DNA of 63,185 nucleotides, counting the filler. It is 6 parts of 6 records of this genome, joined end to end, with 100 filler letters (N's around TTAATTAATTAA, not from the genome) between each part and the next. Parts side by side here need not be neighbours in the genome. Positions count along the whole stretch, not along the records: positions 26,750 to 37,642 come from SRR20825019_1403; positions 37,743 to 46,532 come from SRR20825019_1405; 4 more parts are not named here. One strand, written 5' to 3'. The position numbers were made by a program, and so were the translations under genes. The notes below the pieces were generated by a model. It ran no database searches. It was not told the origin of the DNA and worked only from the letters and a program-made list of their open reading frames with translations. The stretch's first letter is position 1. Each line of letters begins with the position of its first letter. Positions 28,631 to 39,367 of this stretch are shown here, one piece after another.

Positions 28631-29917
28631 TTACTCCGCTGCAATCTGGGTTTTACCGGCCATCGCCTCACGCGTCGCCGCGAGAAGAATATCGAAACCT
28701 TTTTTAAAGGTCGTTTCCGACGTCGTAAGCGGGGCCAGAACCTTGACCACCTGATCTTCATTGCCGGAGGTCTCGATGATGAGGCCCTTTTCAAAAGACC
28801 TTGCGCAGATTTCAGACGCCAGTTCGCCTGTGCCGACATCAACGCCCTGCATCAGGCCGCGGCCCTTCAGAGTAGCACCAGGCACTTCCGCAGCAACCTT
28901 TTTCAAAGCCTTGTTGAGCGTTTCCGCCTTGACCGCCAGTTCCTTCTCGAACGTGTTATCGCTCCAGAACTTTTCGATGGCCACGCGTGCCGTCACGAAG
29001 GCATGGGTATTGCCGCGAAACGTGCCGTTATGCTCTGCAGGTCCGAAAATGTCATGCTCAGGGCGAACCAGAACCAGTGCCATCGGCAGGCCGAAACCGG
29101 AAACCGATTTGGCCATGGTCACGATATCCGGTGTGACACCCATTTTCTCAAACGAGAAGAAGTGACCCGTGCGACCGGTTCCGGCCTGAATATCGTCAAT
29201 GATCAGCAAGGCACCGTGTTTGCGGGCAATATCTGCCATGCGACGAACCCATTCCGGCGATGCGGCATTCAAACCGCCCTCACCCTGTACGGTTTCGAAC
29301 AGAATTGCAGCTGGCGCATCTACACCGCTGGAAGGATCGGACAGCATCTGCTCGAGAAGCTCGGCACTGTCCACACCATCGGCATAGCCATCAAAGGGAA
29401 GTCGGGTCACGCCGCTTGTATCCATACCGGCACCACCACGGTGATAACCGTTCCCTGTCGCCGCCAGAGCGCCGGCAGTGACGCCATGAAAACCATTGGT
29501 AAACGCGATCACATTGGTGCGGCCGGTCGACTTACGGGCAATCTTCATCGCCGCTTCGACAGCGTTGGCGCCAGTCGGGCCGGTAAACATGACCCGGTGA
29601 TCCATCTTGCGCGGTGCAAGAATATGAGTTTCAAAAGCATTCAGGAAGGCACTCTTGGCATCGGTGTGCAGATCAAGCCCCTGTGCAATGCCATCCGATG
29701 AAATATGGTCGATCAGCGCGGCCTTCATATCCGCATCATTGTGACCATAATTCAGCGACGAGCACCCTGCCAGAAAGTCGATCCAGCGATTACCTTCTGC
29801 GTCTGCCAGTTCTGAGCCGCTGGCCCGCGTAAAGATTGCGGGCATACTGCGGCAGTACGAGCGTGCCGCGCTTTCGCGGCGCTCAAAAATGTTGTGTTCC
29901 TTCATGTCCATAGGCAT
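28631..29917 (-). CDS. ectB: Diaminobutyrate-2-oxoglutarate transaminase
   Basis: ESAARSYCR, LNYGHN, GPTGANAVEAA, DDIQAG, EHNGTFRGN. Confidence 0.97.
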   Translation of the reverse strand: MPMDMKEHNIFERRESAARSYCRSMPAIFTRASGSELADAEGNRWIDFLAGCSSLNYGHNDADMKAALIDHISSDGIAQGLDLHTDAKSAFLNAFETHILAPRKMDHRVMFTGPTGANAVEAAMKIARKSTGRTNVIAFTNGFHGVTAGALAATGNGYHRGGAGMDTSGVTRLPFDGYADGVDSAELLEQMLSDPSSGVDAPAAILFETVQGEGGLNAASPEWVRRMADIARKHGALLIIDDIQAGTGRTGHFFSFEKMGVTPDIVTMAKSVSGFGLPMALVLVRPEHDIFGPAEHNGTFRGNTHAFVTARVAIEKFWSDNTFEKELAVKAETLNKALKKVAAEVPGATLKGRGLMQGVDVGTGELASEICARSFEKGLIIETSGNEDQVVKVLAPLTTSETTFKKGFDILLAATREAMAGKTQIAAE

Positions 29918-29972
29918 GAGTCATCCTTTCGCTTGAAGCGATTTCAGAGAATTTTTCTTGGTGTGGTCGCGC

Positions 29973-30506
29973 TCAGGCAGCCCGGGCCAATGCGCGCACT
30001 TCGGGCAGTGTGATCGTCACCATATGCTCGGTGTCGTGATGCCCGTCGAAATGAATTTCGCGCTCATAATGCGGGCTGTCGGCAACATCCCCGCCAACAG
30101 CACGTGCGAAACTCTTGAACAGCGCCCATGAAGCCTCGTTGTCTTCGGTGATCGTTGTTTTCAGGTGCGTCACGTCTTCGCACACGTCGCGTTCGATCAG
30201 GTCGAACAGCATTTTCTTGCCGAGGCCAAGGCCACGCGCCGCCGGGCTGACAGCAACCTGCCAGACGAAAAGCTCCTGCTTCGCCGGAATCAGGTGACCT
30301 GAGATCCAGCCGACGATCTTTCCATCCAGCTCTGCAACGACACAGGTATCGCGAAAATGCTCAGCCTGAATAAGATTGCAATACATTGAATTTTCATCAA
30401 GCGGCTTGCAGCTTTTGACAAGCGCCCAGATTTCAGCCCCGTCCGCCGCATTCGGTTTGCGCAGGCGGGGCACAAGAGTTCGGGGTTTGGTAACAGTCCG
30501 CGACAT
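29973..30506 (-). CDS. ectA: Diaminobutyrate acetyltransferase
   Basis: PLDENSMYCN, LFVWQVAV, TTITEDNEASWALF. Confidence 0.96.
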   Translation of the reverse strand: MSRTVTKPRTLVPRLRKPNAADGAEIWALVKSCKPLDENSMYCNLIQAEHFRDTCVVAELDGKIVGWISGHLIPAKQELFVWQVAVSPAARGLGLGKKMLFDLIERDVCEDVTHLKTTITEDNEASWALFKSFARAVGGDVADSPHYEREIHFDGHHDTEHMVTITLPEVRALARAA

Positions 30507-30522
30507 GTTATGACCTCGTTCA

Positions 30523-30543
30523 ATTTAGTTAGGCTTTCTAAAT
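30523..30543. promoter_or_regulatory. Candidate EctR operator
   Basis: Inverted repeat ATTTAG-N9-CTAAAT just upstream of ectA, in the ectA/ectR divergent region. Confidence 0.4.
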
Positions 30544-30731
30544 AATTCAGCTCTCCAAGAACATCAACCCTTAAGCCCGATTATCCAGAAATAACGAATT
30601 ATCCTGCCAAAGACCTTGTGAAACATGGGGTTTACGCCATTTTTTGTACTAAAATGCTTCATTTTTTCTAATTATTTTTTGAGACTATTCGCCCATTGAA
30701 GGTATTTCACACTTCATGCAATAATGAGTTG

Positions 30732-31241
30732 ATGACGACACAACCTGTAAATCGCGTTGACCAGAGCCTGATTGCATTGCGGAGAATCCTGCGTGCAACC
30801 GAAAACTATGCCCGCGATCTGGCGCAAGCGGCCCGCCTGACGCCGGCACAATTACGCGTCCTTCAGATCGTGGAAGAACGTGGCGGTGCAACACCCAAAG
30901 GCCTGGCAACACAGATGGGTATTCGTCAGGCCTCGGTCACATCACTTGTGGACAAGCTGGTGGCACGCGGCATGGTGCAGCGTGTGCCCTCGATTACCGA
31001 CCGGCGCCAGACCAATATCATTGTGACAGACTCCGGGCGAGCCATGGTTGAGGCCGCACCTGACGCCCTGCAACAGCGTTATGTGCAGGCCTTTGAAGAA
31101 CTCAAAGATTGGGAACAGGCACAGTTGATCGCCTCGCTTGAGCGTGTGGCAACGATGCTGGATGCCGAATCCATTGATGCCTCACCGGTGTTAACCACCG
31201 GCGAAATCCACGCAGAGAAGAAGCCATACTCAAGCGCCTGA
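30732..31241 (+). CDS. ectR: MarR-family ectoine regulator
   Basis: LIALRRILRA, LTPAQL, DRRQ, WEQAQLIASLERVA; divergent from ectABC. Confidence 0.88.
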   Translation: MTTQPVNRVDQSLIALRRILRATENYARDLAQAARLTPAQLRVLQIVEERGGATPKGLATQMGIRQASVTSLVDKLVARGMVQRVPSITDRRQTNIIVTDSGRAMVEAAPDALQQRYVQAFEELKDWEQAQLIASLERVATMLDAESIDASPVLTTGEIHAEKKPYSSA

Positions 31242-31689
31242 AGGCTTCACAGCTAGAGCGATTTTAGCGCCACGGAAGCCTTTCGGCGGCGTCCGCCGCG
31301 CATCCTTCGCGCATAGTGAGAAGCCATAAATGAGAAGCGGGTCATGGGGTTCGTGTCTTTTTTCGGCGTTTTCGGCCCCACCCTGTGAGATTTCCACGTT
31401 TCCATAGAGGCTTTACTGCTCTGCGACAGGCGCAGCCGCAAACAAGCGAATGAGGCGCTGTTTTCACAGAAATGTCGAAATTTTGCGACGACACGTTATT
31501 GTAGGTCAAAGGGCTGGAAAATGCAGTCCTTGTGCAAGTCCCTCCGTGACCGTTCTGCGCTGGATCAATGACGCCACGCGGTAAGGATTTATACTCGTAA
31601 GGGATAGCAATCGGACGAAAGGACGGTAGCAATAGAGGCGACAACCTGAAAGACCGGAAAGCAGACGACCTTAAGCAGAGGACAACCGC

Positions 31690-34398
31690 ATGGCCGAAAC
31701 ACCCGCAAAGGCTGCCTTTCACGCCCTGACATATGAAGAAACCCTATCATTGCTGGAGGCTTCGGCCGGGGGACTGAGTTCCGGGGAAGCGGAACGTCGC
31801 CTGGAGCAATACGGGCCGAACAGACTGCCTGAACCACCCAAGCGCAGCGTCGTCTTGAGGTTTCTTGCGCACTTCCACAATGTTCTGATCTATGTGCTGA
31901 TTGCCGCAGCGGTGGTCACGGCGGCGTTACAGCACTGGGTGGATACCGGTGTCATCCTCGCAGTGGTCATCGTCAACGCCATAATCGGCTTTATCCAGGA
32001 AGGCCGGGCCGAACAGGCGATGGAGGCGATCCGCGGTATGCTGGCACCGCACTCGGCAGTGCTGCGCGACGGACACCGGATCAGCGTTGATGCAGACGTC
32101 CTTGTGCCGGGTGACATCGTACTGATCGAGGCGGGTGACCGCGTACCGGCAGACATCAGACTGATAGCGGCGCATAGTCTCAAGGCCGAGGAGGCGATCC
32201 TGACGGGCGAGTCCGTGCCCGTCGACAAGAGCACCATTCCCGCCGAAGAGAACGCTCCGCTTGGAGATCACATATCAATGCTGTTTTCCGGCACGCTGAT
32301 TGCAGCCGGAACAGGACGCGGGGTCGTTGTCGAAACCGGCGGAGCAACCCAGATCGGTCGTATCAGCGGCATGTTGTCGGATGTCGAAACACTGTCCACC
32401 CCCCTCGTTCGCCAGATGGATATCTTCGCCCGCTGGCTCACGCTTTTCATTCTGATCCTCGCCGGTGCGCTGCTTGCCTATGGCTTTTATGTCAACCACC
32501 TGCCGTTTGCGGACCTGTTCATGTCCATTGTCGGCCTTTCGGTCGCTGCCATTCCCGAAGGGTTGCCGGCCGTACTGACGATTACGCTTGCCGTCGGTGT
32601 GCAGACCATGGCGCGTCGCAACGCCATCGTCCGACGCCTCCCGGCGATCGAAACGCTGGGCTCGGTTTCCGTCATCTGCTCGGACAAGACCGGAACGCTG
32701 ACACGCAACGAGATGATGGCGGCAACGCTGGCGGCCGCTGAACATGTCTATTCCGTAGATGGCAACGGTTATGCACCGGAAGGTGCGGTACGCTGGCGCG
32801 AGGCCGATGCGCACCCGGACGAACATGCGGTTCTTATGGAGTTCGCCCGATCTGCGGGACTCTGCAACGATGCCACGCTGCGCGAAAGCGAAGATGGCTG
32901 GCGGGTGGAGGGTGACCCGATGGAAGGCGCGCTGATGGCTCTTTCCGGCAAGATTACCGGCAACGGCACCGAAGCATTTTCCCAGTGGACGCGAATCGAC
33001 GCGATTCCATTCGATGCGGCGCACCGTTACATGGCAACCCTTCACCGTGATCTGGAGGGTAACGCCTGCATCCACGCCAAAGGTGCGCCGGAAGCGATCC
33101 TGGCGCTTTGTTCCGATCAGCGCACAGCCGATGGCGGAACCGAGCGCCTGAACACCGCTCACTGGAATACGGCTGTCGAGGAACTGGCCGCTGAGGGACA
33201 ACGGGTCCTTGCCGTCGCCATGCGAGAAGCGCCTGCGGACCAACCGGCACTTGATACCGGCGATCTTGCGGGAAAGCTGACACTGATCGGACTTATCGGC
33301 CTGATCGACCCGCCCCGCACGGAGGCGATCGAGGCGGTTACCGACTGCCACGCTGCCGGCATCCGGGTGAAGATGATCACTGGCGACCACGCCGCAACCG
33401 CACGCGCGATCGCCGCAATGATCGGTCTGAAGAATACCGGCCGTGTACTGACGGGCGCAGATGTCGAGGCAATGGATGATGCAGCACTTGCCGATGCGGC
33501 AGTGGAAACGGATATTTTCGCCCGCACATCTCCCGCCCATAAGCTGCGTCTTGTCACAGCGCTTCAGGCACGCGGGCTGACTGTCGCCATGACCGGAGAC
33601 GGTGTAAACGACGCTCCCGCGCTCAAGCGTGCCGATGCCGGGATCGCCATGGGCCAGAAGGGCAGCGAGGCGGCAAAGGAGGCTGCCGAACTGGTGCTTG
33701 CAGACGATAATTTCGCCTCCATCGCCGCAGCCGTGCGCGAGGGACGGACGGTTTATGACAACATCAAGAAGGTGATCAGCTGGACCCTGCCCACCAATGC
33801 CGGTGAGGCGATGACCATCATCGTGGCTCTTTTTGCCGGCATGGCGCTGCCGATCACCGCCGTGCAAATCCTGTGGGTCAACCTGGTTACCGCCGTAACA
33901 CTTGGTCTGGCACTTGCCTTTGAACCCTCCGAACCCGGTACTATGCGCCGCCCGCCGCGCCGCCGCGACGAACCGCTGCTGACGGGCTCTCTGGTCTGGC
34001 ATATCCTTCTGGTCTCGGGGTTGTTTCTGGTCGCCGTATTCGGGATCTACTTTTATGCTCTGGACCGCGGCTATCCAGAGGGGCTGGCGCAAACCATGTC
34101 GATGAACACGCTGGTAGTGCTCGAGATATTCCATCTGTTCTTTATACGCAACATCCACGGGACCTCGCTCAGTTGGGCGGCGGCACGGGGCACGCGGGTC
34201 GTTTGGGCCTGTGTGATTGCCGTCACCTGCGCACAGTTCATCATAACCTATCTTCCGCCGCTGCAAGCCGTATTCGGCACACAAGGGGTGCCTTTGATGG
34301 ACGGGCTTCTCATCGTCGCCGTCGGCGTGGTGTTCTTCGGTCTGATTGAAACGGAGAAGCAGATGCGCCTTGCCTTCCGTCAGCAACGCTCACGATAA
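31690..34398 (+). CDS. P-type cation-transporting ATPase (type II-like)
   Basis: [35 protein letters not shown]. Confidence 0.95.
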   Translation: MAETPAKAAFHALTYEETLSLLEASAGGLSSGEAERRLEQYGPNRLPEPPKRSVVLRFLAHFHNVLIYVLIAAAVVTAALQHWVDTGVILAVVIVNAIIGFIQEGRAEQAMEAIRGMLAPHSAVLRDGHRISVDADVLVPGDIVLIEAGDRVPADIRLIAAHSLKAEEAILTGESVPVDKSTIPAEENAPLGDHISMLFSGTLIAAGTGRGVVVETGGATQIGRISGMLSDVETLSTPLVRQMDIFARWLTLFILILAGALLAYGFYVNHLPFADLFMSIVGLSVAAIPEGLPAVLTITLAVGVQTMARRNAIVRRLPAIETLGSVSVICSDKTGTLTRNEMMAATLAAAEHVYSVDGNGYAPEGAVRWREADAHPDEHAVLMEFARSAGLCNDATLRESEDGWRVEGDPMEGALMALSGKITGNGTEAFSQWTRIDAIPFDAAHRYMATLHRDLEGNACIHAKGAPEAILALCSDQRTADGGTERLNTAHWNTAVEELAAEGQRVLAVAMREAPADQPALDTGDLAGKLTLIGLIGLIDPPRTEAIEAVTDCHAAGIRVKMITGDHAATARAIAAMIGLKNTGRVLTGADVEAMDDAALADAAVETDIFARTSPAHKLRLVTALQARGLTVAMTGDGVNDAPALKRADAGIAMGQKGSEAAKEAAELVLADDNFASIAAAVREGRTVYDNIKKVISWTLPTNAGEAMTIIVALFAGMALPITAVQILWVNLVTAVTLGLALAFEPSEPGTMRRPPRRRDEPLLTGSLVWHILLVSGLFLVAVFGIYFYALDRGYPEGLAQTMSMNTLVVLEIFHLFFIRNIHGTSLSWAAARGTRVVWACVIAVTCAQFIITYLPPLQAVFGTQGVPLMDGLLIVAVGVVFFGLIETEKQMRLAFRQQRSR

Positions 34399-34693
34399 AA
34401 GACAGGGATCAGGAACCTTACAGCAAGGGGGAGCGATACAGGCGCCCCCTTGCCAGGCATCAATATCCCCACTCACGGCGACGTAGCCCTGCCGTTATCC
34501 ACTCAACAACGGCCTGATGCCTGGCGGATAAAGTTTGAGTTCGACATGGGCAAGACCCCGGGCTTGTGCTTAGATAAGCTGATCGGCGTCGTATGTCAGA
34601 GGGATCAAGGTATGCACTTACTCGTCTGACTTTGTGCCCGACGGTCCGGCAACAGCTCAGAAGGTACTGTTCTGATGGGGACGAACAATCATT

Positions 34694-35644
34694 ATGAGGG
34701 AAATAAGAAGCACATCTGAAATCAGCGATTTCCTGCTGGAACTCTACCACGATGCGTCCGAATGCAGGCCAGACGAACTACGCCTGCATGTATTGAGGAA
34801 TCTGCAAAGCTTCATTCCATTCGATTTCGGAGTTTGGGGCGGTGGCTGGGCCGATGGCCGACTGGTCACCGACCTGACTGTTCTTGACCAAAGCGCAGCA
34901 ATCCTTGGCGAATGGGAGGGCGTTGCCGAGCAGGATGCCTTCTGCGACCTCACACTCAACCGCCTCGGCAAGACGGCACGTTTCGAGGACGTTCCCGACT
35001 ATCGTGCGAGCCTGGCCTACAACGAGCATTGGCGTCAGTTCGATGCCTCGCACATGATGGCCACAATCGTTGACGAGAAAACCGATGGCTATGTCAGCTT
35101 CATTGGCCTGTGTGCGGATAACCGGCCAGTGGCGTTTTCCGAGGCCGAAAAAACTTTCAAGCAGATGCTTATGCCGCACCTGTCCCAGGCATTGCGGATG
35201 AATCGCGAACTTTGGACCGGCCGCGCGGCGATGGAGAGAGAAGCTGTTGCCCTGGTGGATCGGGAAGGCTGGGTATTGTGTGCTCACGGACCATTTCACG
35301 ATTTTACCGAACATGAATGGGGCGGACGTATTGCTCGAATTCCGGCCCTTGTCATGGGTGTGCTCAAAAGTGGTAGACAGTGGCACGGACAAGTGCTGGA
35401 TGTCCGCCTGTCCCCTTTTGGCAGCAATTATTTCGTGCACCTGACGCTCCAACCCGCCCTTTCAGAACTTTCACCCCGCGAGCGCGAGGTTGCCGGGTTG
35501 TTTGCCTCCGGCATGAGCAACAAGCAGGTCGCCCGCGCCCTGGGAACATCACCATCAACCGTTCGCAATCAGGTTGTACGCATCTACGAGAAACTCGGGA
35601 TTTCCAGCAAAGCGGCGCTTGCAGCGCTCATAGGCAGCACATGA
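34694..35644 (+). CDS. LuxR-family HTH regulator with an N-terminal sensor region
   Basis: C-terminal LSPREREVAGLFASGMSNKQVARALGTSPSTVRNQ. Confidence 0.88.
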   Translation: MREIRSTSEISDFLLELYHDASECRPDELRLHVLRNLQSFIPFDFGVWGGGWADGRLVTDLTVLDQSAAILGEWEGVAEQDAFCDLTLNRLGKTARFEDVPDYRASLAYNEHWRQFDASHMMATIVDEKTDGYVSFIGLCADNRPVAFSEAEKTFKQMLMPHLSQALRMNRELWTGRAAMEREAVALVDREGWVLCAHGPFHDFTEHEWGGRIARIPALVMGVLKSGRQWHGQVLDVRLSPFGSNYFVHLTLQPALSELSPREREVAGLFASGMSNKQVARALGTSPSTVRNQVVRIYEKLGISSKAALAALIGST

Positions 35645-35798
35645 TCTCCGGTTTTCTGATGCGAATAGAGCATTTGCACTATTTCCAATCAATGGCAGCC
35701 TCGGGATACCTTGGCAAACAATTGAAGCTGCGAGAGCGTTTCTCCGTTTAGACTGACAGTCTTCTGGCGGCAAACGCTCAGCGCAACTGGAGGGGTGC

Positions 35799-36791
35799 AT
35801 GTGGGACTTTAGTGTTGGTCGTGCGATGGGACTGATGGTGCGAACGCTTCCGTTCGTAGCTCTGCGCATGGCGGTCTATTTCGGAATTACTTTGGCCTAT
35901 GTTCTCGTGACCGGAACAGGAGCGGGAATCGGGTTTGGCGTCGGCGCGCTGGGCGACGCCGGATTTCAAGCGACATCGACCTTCTGGGGCGGTGCCATCG
36001 GCTTCGCCATTGTCGGTGCGGTCATGTACTGGGCACGCGAGTATATTCTCTACATCGTCAAGGCCGGACATATCGCCGTGCTGATTGAACTGATCGACGG
36101 CAAACCGATGCCCGAAGGCCGCTCACAGATTGAGCATGGCAGTGCCGTTGTCAAGGAGCGCTTCGCCCAGGCCAGCGTACTGTTCGCCGTCGACCAGTTA
36201 ATCAAGGGAGTGCTGGCAACAATCACCGGGCTGATCCGGGGCATGCTCTCGCTCTTGCCTTTGCCAGGTATCCGGCAATTGGCCGGTATTCTGCGCGCCT
36301 TCCTGCGGATCGCGGTAGGCTTTATCGATGAGGTGATCCTTGCCTATGCCATTCGGTCCGGTTCTACCAGTCCCTGGGTATCGGCCAAAGAGGCGCTGAT
36401 CCTTTACGGGCAGAACTACAAGGTGATGCTCAAGAATGCAGCCTGGCTGGCGGTCATCGTTTATCTGCTGAGCTTTGTTGTGTTCCTCGTCATGCTGGCA
36501 CCGGCGGCCGCGGTCGTCTACCTGATGCCGGGTGCGTGGGCCGCCGGCGGGTTCGTATTTGCACTTCTGTTTGCCTGGAGCGTCAAGGCCGCACTTCTGG
36601 AGCCTTTCGCGATTACCTGCCTGATGCAGGTCTACTTCAAGTCGATCGAGGGGCAGACGCCTGATCCTGAATGGGAAGCACGGCTTGAGCAGATGTCGGG
36701 CAAGTTCCGTAAACTCAAGGAACAGGCTGTGGGTCAGCAGCCTCAATCTGAAGGCCATGCAGTGCTTGCAGAACAGGGAAACGCACAATGA
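35799..36791 (+). CDS. Hypothetical integral membrane protein
   Basis: 330 aa with several hydrophobic segments; GGAGG RBS; ATGA-coupled to the vWA gene. Confidence 0.8.
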   Translation: MWDFSVGRAMGLMVRTLPFVALRMAVYFGITLAYVLVTGTGAGIGFGVGALGDAGFQATSTFWGGAIGFAIVGAVMYWAREYILYIVKAGHIAVLIELIDGKPMPEGRSQIEHGSAVVKERFAQASVLFAVDQLIKGVLATITGLIRGMLSLLPLPGIRQLAGILRAFLRIAVGFIDEVILAYAIRSGSTSPWVSAKEALILYGQNYKVMLKNAAWLAVIVYLLSFVVFLVMLAPAAAVVYLMPGAWAAGGFVFALLFAWSVKAALLEPFAITCLMQVYFKSIEGQTPDPEWEARLEQMSGKFRKLKEQAVGQQPQSEGHAVLAEQGNAQ

Positions 36792-37642
36792 AAGTTTTCG
36801 CTATTTTATCGCTGGCGATAGCGCCGCTTCTGATGCCGACGATGGTCGATGCCTCCGAAGATGTGATCGTGGTTTATGATGCCTCGGGATCAATGTGGGG
36901 ACAGATCGATGGAACCAGCAAAATCGAGATTGCCCGGGATGTCATGGCCGATCTTGTCGAGAACTGGTCCGATAACGTCAACTTGGGCCTCGTCGCCTAT
37001 GGGCACCGCCGGCAGGGAGATTGCACCGATATCGAAACCGTGATCACACCTGCCCCGATCAACCGCCGAACATTCATGAACACGGTCGGTCGGATTCAAC
37101 CAGTGGGCAAAACACCACTGTCTGACGCTGTCGAGCACGCCGCCGGTGTCTTGTCTTACCGCGATAATCCGGCGACTGTCGTACTGATCTCCGATGGTAT
37201 AGAGAGTTGCCGGGCTGATCCCTGTGCGCTTTCGGCAAAACTAGCGGAGCAAGGCGTGAACTTCACTGCCCATGTTATCGGCTTCGATCTGGAAACCGAG
37301 AGTCACGGGAAACTGGCCTGCATCGCCGAAAACACTGGTGGTATTTTTGTTCCGGCCCGGGATGCCTCTGAACTGCACGATGCCATTGCGCAGGTGCAGA
37401 GCGTGATCGACCTGCAACCGGTCACCATGCCCCAGCCGGAACCCAAGCCAATCGCTGAACCCGTTTCCACCGCCGACATCACAATTACCACACCGAAGCA
37501 GGTGACAATCGGCGCAATACTCCCGGTGTCATGGTCCAAAACCGTAGACACCACTGATTACGTCAGCATCGTACCCATGGGGGCGGAAGAGGGAAAATAC
37601 GGCGATTACGTTGTCGTGCGCGACGATTTCGAGGGAGAGCTG
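36788..37642 (+). CDS. Secreted vWA-domain protein (3'-truncated)
   Basis: Signal peptide; MIDAS DASGSM, GKTP, ISDG; Pro-rich linker followed by a beta-rich domain. Confidence 0.9.
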
Positions 37643-37742
37643 NNNNNNNNNNNNNNNNNNNNNNNNNNNNNNNNNNNNNNNNNNNNTTAATTAATTAANN
37701 NNNNNNNNNNNNNNNNNNNNNNNNNNNNNNNNNNNNNNNNNN
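37643..37742. other. Artificial contig linker
   Basis: N44-TTAATTAATTAA-N44. Confidence 0.99.
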
Positions 37743-38218
37743 CCCCCCCCCCCCGCCCGCCCCCGGCCGGCGGTCGCGGGCGGCTCGCCGTCGCCGGCTC
37801 GCGGCTGCGCGCGCGCCCGGCGCTCCGGGACCCGCCCCCCGCCGGCTGGCGAACGGCTGGAGGCCCCGAGCGGTCGCCGCCGGCGGCGGCCGGCCGGCCT
37901 CGCGCAGGGGATGCCCCCGGCCCGGTCACCTTTCAGTTTGACCAAGGCTTCTGACGCGCGCCTCCAGGCAACCGTGAATCCCGGGGGTGATCCACGGCCT
38001 GGCCCCACCACGACCCGAACGCTTGAGTGTTGTCCTCCCTTTAGCTCCTCCCTGTAGTTCAGTTGGAGTGCCCCCTGCCGCCGCCCAACGTTGTTCGGGG
38101 TGACGACACTGCAGCCCCTCAGTCATTTCCTAGAAGCGGACAAAAGTTATCTGATATTTATTTTAATTTTTGAAAACAAAGAGATACTACGATACTACTT
38201 CCACACAGGATTTCGAAC

Positions 38219-38737
38219 ATGGTCAAGAAGCCTGCAGAGCCTGCTGCCATGTCTAAGTGGACCAAAATGGTGACCCCGGGCCAAAGCTGGGAAAAAGTGG
38301 GTCAACACACGTACGAAATATGTCGTCTCTACTAAAGCGAACTTTAGGAGGACTTAGCTGATGCCCACCACTGGGTTAAGCAAATTTTCGGCTTGTTAGT
38401 TGGCATTGTGTATGGTATTATCCCGATGAGAGGAGCTGTGGGCATAATGAGGTGTGAATGTTCGTTTTGTTTTCTGGTTGAATTCTCACTAGTAATGCGT
38501 TGTAGCTTTGTGTCAATGAACATGGGGTTCGCGTACTTGTATCAATTGTCGTTCCTCAAGCCCAAAAACTATGAGTTCTCAACAAGTGCAGGGGTTTCGG
38601 AGTTTGCAACAGAAGGCTTTATGCCATCTTTCGCCACATTTTTGGTAAGACAAGCGTGTTCGAGTTTTTACAGCTACTGAAAACAGGATATTTCTTAGGT
38701 TGCGTGGACCATTGTATACAGCACTCTCCACAACTAA
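38219..38737 (+). CDS. RAB5IF/C20orf24 (Rab5-interacting, EMC6-like family) membrane protein, 4 exons
   Basis: GT-AG introns at 38297-38347, 38452-38505 and 38645-38698. Spliced product ...EDLADAHHWVKQIFGLLVGIVYGIIPMRG...TEGFMPSFATFLVAWTIVYSTLHN*. Confidence 0.85.
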
Positions 38738-38819
38738 ATGCTTCCACAACCCGCGTTGGGATAAACATAATTTGACCGCCGTAATGCATATCTAGATGGT
38801 ACGGCCATGATTTCAACCA

Positions 38820-39367
38820 TCAGCCCCACGCTTGAGTTGTACAATAGTTGATCACCAGGGCATTATCCACCTGAAAGCTCTAACGGAAGAATCAGTTATA
38901 TTCACGAATAGAGTCAAAGATTATACCTTGAACAGGTCCGAGATGTTGGAGTCAGGGGCAGGAGCAAATGCACTGTTACAAAAAAGGAACTAGAATATCC
39001 GAAAACAATTGAGAAATACACCTACAAGCTTAGGACAAGACTCTCTTACCAGGGGCTCTTGAGGCTTGCATCTTAACTGGTTGCGCAAGAACTTTATCAC
39101 TGCAGAAAAGCTTTCGCCCACAAACTCATATGAGAGAGAGCTGCACTCTGAGTGCACGTCACATACCTTTGCTGAGAGTTTATCTTGAACTTGCTCTGCT
39201 TTAGCAACGGCGCGTTTCCTGTTGCCCGAAAGTGTATCACAACTGCAAGCGATGTCAATGTCAAGAGATTGGGAAATGTGCTGTTGAATGCCTTTAGTTA
39301 CGGCTGCAGTCTCAGAGCCAGCACTCTTTGCTGGTGCGGATGAGGGTCGGCTGGACGACTCCGACAT
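38820..39367 (-). CDS. ATG12: Ubiquitin-like autophagy protein ATG12, 5 exons
   Basis: Introns at 39243-39291, 39111-39166, 38990-39049 and 38880-38926. Spliced: VVIHFRATGNAPLLKQSKFKI...FLRNQL...FLFCNSAFAPAPD...INYCTTQAWG*. Confidence 0.92.

Noticed and set aside
8531-34386. Long antisense ORFs (8531-9751, 17449-18747, 28130-29701, 32275-34386; similarly 16-750 and 47135-48256)
   Set aside because: Shadows of real high-GC genes on the opposite strand, with no recognisable motifs.
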